From positions 19,750 to 83,749 of the forward strand of contig CAKOWU010000001.1 of the NCBI GenBank assembly GCA_934129885.1: 64,000 bases of DNA, read 5' to 3'. The notes beneath the pieces are model-generated. The model saw only the letters and a list, made by a program, of their open reading frames with translations. It had not been told where the DNA came from and searched no databases. The position numbers and the translations under genes were made by a program. Origin of the DNA: an uncultured Bacilli bacterium (lineage in GTDB: Bacteria; Bacillota_I; Bacilli_A; RF39; UBA660). Position 1 is the stretch's first letter; every line of letters starts with the position of its first letter. Of this stretch, positions 1-7,544 are shown piece after piece.

Positions 1-349
1 ATCTTATATTATTTTCTGGAAAAAATGTTTCAATATAATAACCAGTCATAACATGATCTCTACCTAATCTTGATAAATCTTTAACTATTACACAATTTAT
101 CTTTTTATTATTTATATCTTCTAGCATATTTTGAAATCCAGGTCTTTCAAAGTCTGTTCCTGAATATCCATCATCAACATATTCTTTAACCAAATTAAAA
201 TTATTATTTTTAACATAACCTCTTAATAATTCTTTTTGATTAATTACACTTTCACTATCAGATTCATATTTTTTATCTTTATCTTCTTGGGATAGTCTTA
301 TATAGATTCCAACATTGAAATCTATTCCGTTTAAGTAAGTATTATACAT
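1..349 (-). CDS. Large serine recombinase, N-terminal resolvase domain only (gene continues past the left edge)
   Basis: Minus-strand translation from ATG 349..347 (AGGAGG 5 nt upstream) gives MYNTYLNGIDFNVGIYIRLSQEDKDKK..SVINQKELL..DDGYSGTDFERPGFQNMLEDINNKKINCVIVKDLSRLGRDH. This is the YxRxS / GYSG / RPGF / VKDLSRLGR resolvase-invertase core. It is absent from the ORF track because it is open-ended. Confidence 0.75.
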   Translation of the reverse strand, partial: MYNTYLNGIDFNVGIYIRLSQEDKDKKYESDSESVINQKELLRGYVKNNNFNLVKEYVDDGYSGTDFERPGFQNMLEDINNKKINCVIVKDLSRLGRDHVMTGYYIETFFPENNIR

Positions 350-723
350 TTATTCCTCCTTTTATCTTACTTAATTGGGTATTAAGACGTGTCCATGGTA
401 ACATCAAAGTTAGAAAAGTGCAAATCATTTTGATTGCACTCCTTCCTCTTTTGATATTTCTTTGATTAAGTATTTTAAAATAAGATCTTTAAATGAAATA
501 TTATTCAAATAGGCTCCTTCCATTATTAAACCACCTATTTAAATTTATGCTTATATTTATTATTTTTGAATTTTTTTCATACATATATCTACTTCCCTTC
601 TTTTTATATTAGTATTACTAATAATATTATTAGAATTATTTATTATATTTAATTTTTATATTATATTTATTATATTATTATTGAACTATATGTCTTTTGA
701 GTGTTAAAAAAACATCTAACCCC

Positions 724-1023
724 TTAGAAAAAATCTTCGGGTAGGTCAGATGTAAACTTTTCTTCATTAATATAAATTTTCCTTTGAAATTTATGTTTAT
801 ATTCCATAATAATGTAATTATTATCTGCTAATTCTTTTAATAAGCTTGATATTCTTCTTGGACCTACTCCAAGATAATTTCCTAAGTATTTATTATCAGC
901 ATAACAGTAACCTTCTTTATGCGATAAAAGCATAATTATTCCATATAAAAGTTTGTTACCAACACATATATTTCTATCTAAAATTATAAACCATGGTATT
1001 TTTACATATTTATCGTATTCCAT
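724..1023 (-). CDS. Winged-helix/HTH DNA-binding protein of mobile-element type (RepA_N/DnaD-like N-terminus)
   Basis: 99 aa ORF. The pattern LLYGIIMLLSHKEGYCYADNKYLGNYLGVGPRRISSLLKELADNNYI resembles HTH modules of plasmid/phage replication or regulatory proteins. It lies next to the serine recombinase. Confidence 0.4.
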   Translation of the reverse strand: MEYDKYVKIPWFIILDRNICVGNKLLYGIIMLLSHKEGYCYADNKYLGNYLGVGPRRISSLLKELADNNYIIMEYKHKFQRKIYINEEKFTSDLPEDFF

Positions 1024-1650
1024 TTATTACTCTCCCTTCGTATTTGTTTTTAGTATTTCTAAGTAACCTCTTTCTAATAACTCTGTCATCATTTTAGAAA
1101 TAGATACTCTATAAAATTTAGACATTAATTTAATTCTATTAAATAAGTCAATTGGTAAATATAATTTAAATATCCTCAAACTATCCCTCCTTCCTAAATA
1201 GGATGATTGTCCTATTATTTTTACTATTTTTAATTAAAGCAGGATAAGAAGATAGCCCCACAAACAAAAAAACTCCTTATAATATAAGGAATTGTTATGG
1301 TGCTATTCTTATTTCGTACTTACGAAATTCATCCTACTTTGTAGGTTCATATAAAGGATGATTTATTAATATCTCCTTTATTTCTAATAATTGTTATTTT
1401 TGTTAATTCATCCTATTATTATAAAAATTAAAAAATTAATAAGATGATAGCTCATAATGACCACCTCCTTAAAAAATGGCATAAAAAAAAGGAAGACAAA
1501 TGTCCTCCAAATATAAATACTGCTATTTTACTATATTGTAGCACTTGACTTTAATAAGTCAATAACTAAATTTTGCTTTTTTTTGTTTTATTTTTCTTTT
1601 TTTGACTTTTTTTGATATTTTTTAATTTTTTTGTGCCAAGTAATTTTTTT

Positions 1651-2730
1651 CTATACAAACATACTCTGCATAAGTCCTTTTTTTAGTTCTTGTAATTTAT
1701 CTAATTTATTAGTCTCTAAATTTATTTTTTTGTCAAAAGTATCGAATAATATTCCTATTTTCAACTGTTCGTCATTTTTATTAATTGATAATTTTAATGC
1801 TTCTAAATCTTTTTTCTGTATATTTGGTAAACCACTTCCAACTCTTAAATCCATAATTTTTTTTTCATTGTATTTTAATAAGTGATAAAGATAAGAAGTA
1901 TTTACAGATGGTGAAATAATTTTATAACAATGTCCTCCACACCAAAATTTAGTTTTGTTAAAATTTACATAGCCACATGAATTTCCACCTTCACTAATTG
2001 TAATAGTATTTTCATTAGTATTATATTCGTTTAAATATCCTGAAGGTAATATTCCACCGTTTAGCATATAATAATTACCCTTTTCTATTAACAAATCACT
2101 ATTTATTTGTTTACCTTTTTCTATTATACAAATATCTGATAGTTTAATTTTATTATTAGTTTTTGAAAAAACTGAACTATATTTACTTAATTTAAATAAC
2201 TTAAGGTCTTCAATTTTCTTAGATTGAAGTTCTATTTTTTTATTAATTAAATCTATAGTTTTAATTATCTTTTCTTCTTCTTTTTTATTTGATGTCTTAA
2301 TTAATAAGGATTTAATATCATCACTTGTAATTGAGTCAATAGTACTTCCTTTAGATATTTTTTTCCAATAATCTTTCGTTTTCAAATAATCTAAATAATG
2401 ATATACAAATTTTGAGGATTTTATTGAACATACACCTCTACCAATACAAGCATTATAGTCAGATATTGCAATATCTCCTACAGGGGCTCTAACTGTCATA
2501 ATTATGTCATTTTTATCACAAGTTTTAGTAACTTGCTTTGTAAATAATCTTGGAATAACTTTACCGTTATTTAAATCTGCATTACCTTGAATTAGTAATG
2601 TATCATTCGAATCATTTGTATAGTTTTCAGAATTAGGAGATTGTCCCATAGTAATTCTTGCAATATCGCATAATTTGTTTTCTTGCCATTCTTCTTCAAA
2701 ACCATTAAATCTTATTTTAGGAACATTCAT
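1651..2730 (-). CDS. hsdS: Type I restriction-modification specificity subunit (HsdS copy 1)
   Basis: 359 aa with two target-recognition halves separated by the conserved coiled-coil KKIELQSKKIEDLKLFK, and a C-terminal LKKGLMQSMFV. N-terminus is MNVPKIRFNGFEEEW. All three conserved blocks are shared with the second hsdS at 3900..5033. Confidence 0.85.
   Translation of the reverse strand: MNVPKIRFNGFEEEWQENKLCDIARITMGQSPNSENYTNDSNDTLLIQGNADLNNGKVIPRLFTKQVTKTCDKNDIIMTVRAPVGDIAISDYNACIGRGVCSIKSSKFVYHYLDYLKTKDYWKKISKGSTIDSITSDDIKSLLIKTSNKKEEEKIIKTIDLINKKIELQSKKIEDLKLFKLSKYSSVFSKTNNKIKLSDICIIEKGKQINSDLLIEKGNYYMLNGGILPSGYLNEYNTNENTITISEGGNSCGYVNFNKTKFWCGGHCYKIISPSVNTSYLYHLLKYNEKKIMDLRVGSGLPNIQKKDLEALKLSINKNDEQLKIGILFDTFDKKINLETNKLDKLQELKKGLMQSMFV
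1667..1685. repeat. Inverted repeat C (hsdS 3' ends), copy 1
   Basis: tgcataagtccttttttta is the exact reverse complement of 4999..5017. Similarity with mismatches extends to the stop codons. Confidence 0.85.
2191..2217. repeat. Inverted repeat B (hsdS central conserved region), copy 1
   Basis: 27 bp tttaaataacttaaggtcttcaatttt is the exact reverse complement of 4443..4469 (aaaattgaagaccttaagttatttaaa). Confidence 0.9.
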
Positions 2731-2747
2731 TATCTCACCACCAAACT

Positions 2748-2763
2748 AGTCCTTAAGTTTAAT
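2748..2763. repeat. Inverted repeat A (hsdS 5' leader), copy 1
   Basis: agtccttaagtttaat is the exact reverse complement of 3867..3882. Similarity continues through the RBS and the first codons (ATGAATGyTCCTAAA) of both hsdS genes. Confidence 0.8.
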
Positions 2764-2825
2764 ACTTGAAAAGCAGTAGATAATTATTTTTATATATAAT
2801 ATCTTTGGAAAGGAGAAAGAATTTA

Positions 2826-3797
2826 ATGATTATTAAACCAAGAAAGATACTTTACAAAGATTGGATTTATACGTGGCTTATTGAGAAAAAAGATTATATT
2901 AAAGAATCTACTTATGCAAATTATTCGAATAATATTTTTAATCATATAATTCCTAAATTAGGGAACTACACATTAAAAGATATTAATCATAAGATTATTC
3001 AAGATTTTCTTTTAGAGTTGTCCAAAAATGGTAGGAAGGATAAAAAAGGTGGATTATCAGAAAAAACTATTAAAGATATTACAATTATTGTAAAAGGAAG
3101 TATAAAAAAAGGAATTAATGAAGGTAAAATAAAGCATATAGAATTATCATTTAATTATCCGAAGGATAATAAAGAAAAAAGTATATATATACTAACAAAG
3201 CGTGAACAAAATAAAATTACTAATTATGTTTTAGATAATATAAATACAAAAAATATAGGATTTTTAATATCCTTATACTCAGGAATAAGAATTGGCGAAC
3301 TTTGTGCTTTACAATGGAAAGATATAGATTTTAAAAATAATAAATTAATAATTTCAAAAACAATTCAAAGAGTATATATTAAGGACAAAGATAAAAATGT
3401 TTCTAAGGTTATTATCACAACCCCAAAAACTAAAAATGCTAACAGAGAAATTCCAATTAATAAAGACTTTATAGAATTATTAAAACCATTAAAAACAGAT
3501 AAAGAAAATTATATTTTATCTAACAATGATAAATATATTGAGCCAAGAACATATAGAAAATATTTTAATAAGAAATTAAAAGAATTAAAAATAAAACATT
3601 TCAATTTTCATTCTTTAAGACATACATTTGCAACAAATTGTATTTCTTTAGGATGTGATTATAAAACGGTAAGTGAATTGTTAGGACACGCTAATGTTAA
3701 TATTACTTTAAATTTATATGTTCATCCAAGATATTCTCAAAAGAAAAAATGTATAGATCTAGTAAGCAAAGTATTTCAAGAAAAAGTTAACAGATGA
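2826..3797 (+). CDS. Tyrosine site-specific recombinase (shufflon/phase-variation integrase)
   Basis: ORF 2805..3797. The likely start is ATG 2826 (MIIKPRK), after GGAAAGGAG. It has an N-terminal SAM-like core-binding domain and C-terminal catalytic residues in GIRIGELCAL, HSLRHTFAT and LGHANVNITLNLYVH (R..HxxR..H..Y). It sits between the two inverted hsdS genes. Confidence 0.85.
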   Translation: MIIKPRKILYKDWIYTWLIEKKDYIKESTYANYSNNIFNHIIPKLGNYTLKDINHKIIQDFLLELSKNGRKDKKGGLSEKTIKDITIIVKGSIKKGINEGKIKHIELSFNYPKDNKEKSIYILTKREQNKITNYVLDNINTKNIGFLISLYSGIRIGELCALQWKDIDFKNNKLIISKTIQRVYIKDKDKNVSKVIITTPKTKNANREIPINKDFIELLKPLKTDKENYILSNNDKYIEPRTYRKYFNKKLKELKIKHFNFHSLRHTFATNCISLGCDYKTVSELLGHANVNITLNLYVHPRYSQKKKCIDLVSKVFQEKVNR

Positions 3798-3866
3798 CTT
3801 TTTCTTTTTGCAATAAAATCTCAAGAAAGTGTGTTATAATTAATATGTATGGTTTGGTATCTATTT

Positions 3867-3882
3867 ATTAAACTTAAGGACT
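3867..3882. repeat. Inverted repeat A, copy 2
   Basis: attaaacttaaggact, partner of 2748..2763. Confidence 0.8.
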
Positions 3883-3899
3883 TGAAAAGTGGTGATAAA

Positions 3900-5033
3900 A
3901 TGAATGCTCCTAAATTAAGATTTAAAGAATTTAATGATGAATGGATTACTTATAAATTTTATGATTTGGTTTCTATCATAAATGGTCAGGTTGATCCAAA
4001 CAAAAAAGAATATTGTAATTTACCACATATTGGTCCTGGTAATATCGAAAAAGAAACAGGAAGGTTATTAGAATATAATTTAGCAAAAGATGATAAATTA
4101 ATAAGTTCAAAATATCTATTCAATGAAAAATCTGTAATTTATGGCAAAATAAATCCTCATTTTGCAAAGGTTTGTTATCCAAAATTTGTAGGGTTATGTA
4201 GTGCAGATTCATATCCAATTAATCCAATAGAAGAAAAATTGACATCAACCTTTCTTTTATATTTATTATTGAATCCTAAATTTACTAAATTTGCTACTTC
4301 GGTATCAATGAGAACTGGAATGCCTAAAATAAACAGAGATGAATTAGGTATATATAAATTTACAATTCCTAAAATAAATGAACAAATAAAAATCGGTGAT
4401 TTCTTATCACTGTTAGATAAGAAAATAGAACTACAATCTAAAAAAATTGAAGACCTTAAGTTATTTAAAAAAGGACTTATATTGAGTTTGAAGAAAAATA
4501 GTTTTGATTGGCATACTGTATGTATAAAAGATTTATTTAAAATAACTAGAGGAGTAGTTATTCCAAAGAATGAATTAAGTGAATTTAAGAATGGTGAGTA
4601 TAAATATCCTGTTTATTCTTCACAAACCTCTAATCAAGGAACATTGGGATATTCTGATACTTTTGATTTTAACGGCAAGTATTTAACATGGACCACAGAT
4701 GGTGCAAATGCTGGAAAAGTCTTTTATAGAAACGGCAAATTTAGATGTACAAACGTATGTGGTGTATTATATGAAGATAATATAAAATTTACTAATGAAT
4801 TATTTGCCGAATTATTAAATTATGAAACTCCAAAGCATGTGTCATACGTAGGAAATCCCAAATTAATGAATAACGTAATGGCAGATATAAAAATTAAGAT
4901 ACCAAACGGTGATGTTCAAGAAAATACTTCCTTAATTATTAATACAATAAATAATAAGGTAAATTTAGAAAAGAACAAATTACTAAAATTTAAAGAATTA
5001 AAAAAAGGACTTATGCAAAATATGTTTGTATAA
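3900..5033 (+). CDS. hsdS: Type I restriction-modification specificity subunit (HsdS copy 2)
   Basis: ORF 3849..5033. The likely start is ATG 3900 (MNAPKLRFKEFNDEW), after GTGGTGA. It has the central DKKIELQSKKIEDLKLFKKG block and C-terminal LKKGLMQNMFV. The variable TRD halves are unrelated to those of copy 1. Confidence 0.85.
   Translation: MNAPKLRFKEFNDEWITYKFYDLVSIINGQVDPNKKEYCNLPHIGPGNIEKETGRLLEYNLAKDDKLISSKYLFNEKSVIYGKINPHFAKVCYPKFVGLCSADSYPINPIEEKLTSTFLLYLLLNPKFTKFATSVSMRTGMPKINRDELGIYKFTIPKINEQIKIGDFLSLLDKKIELQSKKIEDLKLFKKGLILSLKKNSFDWHTVCIKDLFKITRGVVIPKNELSEFKNGEYKYPVYSSQTSNQGTLGYSDTFDFNGKYLTWTTDGANAGKVFYRNGKFRCTNVCGVLYEDNIKFTNELFAELLNYETPKHVSYVGNPKLMNNVMADIKIKIPNGDVQENTSLIINTINNKVNLEKNKLLKFKELKKGLMQNMFV
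4443..4469. repeat. Inverted repeat B, copy 2
   Basis: Partner of 2191..2217, 27/27 identical in inverted orientation. Confidence 0.9.
4999..5017. repeat. Inverted repeat C, copy 2
   Basis: taaaaaaaggacttatgca, partner of 1667..1685. Confidence 0.85.
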
Positions 5034-5043
5034 ATCCTTTTTG

Positions 5044-5976
5044 TTATAAATATTTTCTAAATACTCTTTTAAAATCTTCAGCTTTATTTAATAACCATTC
5101 ATATCCTTTTGACAAGTCACTGTTTTTTAAATTCAACCTAAAATCACTTCTTATATCAACACTGCTAGCTTTACTTTCTTCTTTATAATCCCACTTAACA
5201 GAATATCCTAATTCAGTTTCTATTTCATTTTTATGTTCAAAGAATTTATTGTATAGACTTTTATTATTTTCAATCCATAATGAACAAGCAACTTCGCCGT
5301 TTTTATTAACAGTTAAATCTATGTGGCAATCGCTAGAACCAATAGCTAAACTATACCAATGTTGAGGTTGAGCTTTTCTAATAGAAAATGTAGTTCTGTT
5401 GTCAGATAAATACTCACTAAACCCTTGCCAAAAATTTAAATCAACAAGTTTCATTCCAGTTAATTCTGTATTACTTTGATTACTTCTAATAGTTTTTGTC
5501 CAATCATTTGGTTGACTTATTATTTCAAAATGAGGAGCTATCTCAGAATTTCCAATTTTAAACAATTCAATTTTTACTAAAAATAAGTTTATATTCTCAT
5601 CAGAATGCTCATTTAGCCATTCGATTGCTTGCTTATGTTCTTCATTATAATCTTTTACAATCCAAATAATTGTTTTAGCATCATATCCAGCTCCATATAC
5701 AAGAACTTTTCCTAAATGATCATGATTAGTTATTTCAAGTTGATTTTCAATAATAATATTTTCATTTGTGTCTTCGTTAACTGCTAGAATATCTAAAGAA
5801 TATTTTCCGACAGAAGCTTCTGTCTTTAAAACTTTTATTGAAATTCCTAGTTCATCACTTAATAGTTTAATATTTTGTTCTTTAGCTAACCAAGGTGTAA
5901 AATCATATTCTTCATTTTTCCAAATACTTCTTAGATCTTTTATCTTTTCAAGTTTTCCTAATTTAATTTCATTCAT
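5044..5976 (-). CDS. Nuclease-like protein embedded in the Type I R-M operon (PD-(D/E)XK-like N-terminal half, DUF4268-like C-terminal half)
   Basis: 310 aa, and its start overlaps the hsdM stop (5976). The N-terminal LDILAVNEDTNENIIIENQLE..HLGKVLVYG resembles the D..(E/D)xK/Q restriction-endonuclease-fold core. From memory, this architecture is common between hsdM and hsdS genes. The family assignment is unverified. Confidence 0.45.
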   Translation of the reverse strand: MNEIKLGKLEKIKDLRSIWKNEEYDFTPWLAKEQNIKLLSDELGISIKVLKTEASVGKYSLDILAVNEDTNENIIIENQLEITNHDHLGKVLVYGAGYDAKTIIWIVKDYNEEHKQAIEWLNEHSDENINLFLVKIELFKIGNSEIAPHFEIISQPNDWTKTIRSNQSNTELTGMKLVDLNFWQGFSEYLSDNRTTFSIRKAQPQHWYSLAIGSSDCHIDLTVNKNGEVACSLWIENNKSLYNKFFEHKNEIETELGYSVKWDYKEESKASSVDIRSDFRLNLKNSDLSKGYEWLLNKAEDFKRVFRKYL

Positions 5977-7535
5977 TAAATTTCCTCCAACCCTAGTTCT
6001 TTTAAATAAACATTAAGTTCTTTATCTACTTCTGCTATTTGTTTATCTATGTCTTTAAGATCTTGCTGAACAGCTTTAATATCTATTTCTTCTTCCTCTT
6101 CAAAAGTATCTACATATCTAGGAATGTTTAAATTATATTCATTTTCTTTTATTTCAGACATTGGAGCAACATGGCAATATTTTTCTATCTCAACTCTATT
6201 TTTATAAGTTTCAATAATTTTATCAACATCTTCATCTCTTAATCTGTTTTGATTTTTTCCAGCTTCAAAATCTTTTGATGCATCAATGAATAAAATATTA
6301 TCTTCGTTTTCTCTACATTTTTTAAATACTAATATACAAGTTGGAATACTTGTTCCGTAAAATATATTAGCTGGTAATCCAATTACTGCATCTAAATAGT
6401 TTTTCTCTTCAATTAAATATTTTCTAATTACTCCTTCGGAAGCTCCTCTAAATAAAACTCCATGAGGAAGAACTACTGCCATAGTTCCATTATCTGATAA
6501 TTGGTATATCATATGTTGAATAAAAGCAAAGTCTGCCTTTGATTTTGGTGCTAATTTACCATAAGCACTAAATCTTTCATCTTCTATGAATTTTGGATCA
6601 GCACTCCACTTTGCGGAGTATGGAGGATTAGCAACTATTGCATCAAATTTCATATCTAAATGTCTAGGCCTTTCTAAAGTATCATCATTTTTTATATCAA
6701 AATGTTTAAATGAAACTCCATGTAATAACATGTTCATTCGAGCTAAGTTGTAAGTTGTAGAATTAAATTCTTGTCCATAGTATGAACTTACCTTACATTC
6801 TTTACCTACTCTTAAAAGTAGTGAGCCAGATCCACAAGTTGGATCATATACACTTTGAAGTTTTGATTTATTTAACGCAACTAATTTAGCAAGAATTCTT
6901 GATACTTGTTGTGGTGTATAGAACTCTCCTGCTTTCTTTCCTGCTGATGCTGCAAAGTTTGAAATTAAGTATTCATATGCATCTCCTAAAACATCAATTT
7001 CAGCATCTTCATGATGAAAGTCTATATCATCTATTTTTAACATAATAGTTGAAATTAGTTTAGTTCTTTCTGCCTCTCCTCTACCTAATTTAGAGTTGTT
7101 TAAATCCATATCTTCAAATAGATTTTCAAAGTCATCCTCTGATTCATTACCTAAAGTAGATTCTGAAATAACATTAATTGCTTTAGCAAGCATTGAAATA
7201 TCAAATTTACCAGTCTTAATGTTATCAATTAATGTACTCCATAGATACTCTGGCTCTATACAATATCCTATATTTTCTTCCTCTATTAAATCAGACTTAA
7301 ACTCTTGTGCATGTTCTTTATCCTTAAACATATCAGCATATTTCATTTTATTTCTTAACATTACATTTTCAACGTAATTAACTAGATTTTCAGATAAATA
7401 CCTGTAGAATATTAATCCTAAGATATAATTTTTGAAATCATTAGCATCCATATTCCCTCTTAGGAAATTAGCAATACTCCAAAGTTGTTTTTGAAGTTCT
7501 GCTTGTTGTGATTGTTGTTTTTCTTCTCTTGACAT
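5976..7535 (-). CDS. hsdM: Type I R-M DNA methyltransferase subunit
   Basis: 519 aa with an HsdM N-terminal domain (LWSIANFLRG), SAM motif I DPTCGSGSLL and catalytic motif IV NPPYS. Confidence 0.95.
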   Translation of the reverse strand: MSREEKQQSQQAELQKQLWSIANFLRGNMDANDFKNYILGLIFYRYLSENLVNYVENVMLRNKMKYADMFKDKEHAQEFKSDLIEEENIGYCIEPEYLWSTLIDNIKTGKFDISMLAKAINVISESTLGNESEDDFENLFEDMDLNNSKLGRGEAERTKLISTIMLKIDDIDFHHEDAEIDVLGDAYEYLISNFAASAGKKAGEFYTPQQVSRILAKLVALNKSKLQSVYDPTCGSGSLLLRVGKECKVSSYYGQEFNSTTYNLARMNMLLHGVSFKHFDIKNDDTLERPRHLDMKFDAIVANPPYSAKWSADPKFIEDERFSAYGKLAPKSKADFAFIQHMIYQLSDNGTMAVVLPHGVLFRGASEGVIRKYLIEEKNYLDAVIGLPANIFYGTSIPTCILVFKKCRENEDNILFIDASKDFEAGKNQNRLRDEDVDKIIETYKNRVEIEKYCHVAPMSEIKENEYNLNIPRYVDTFEEEEEIDIKAVQQDLKDIDKQIAEVDKELNVYLKELGLEEI

Positions 7536-7544
7536 AACATCCTC

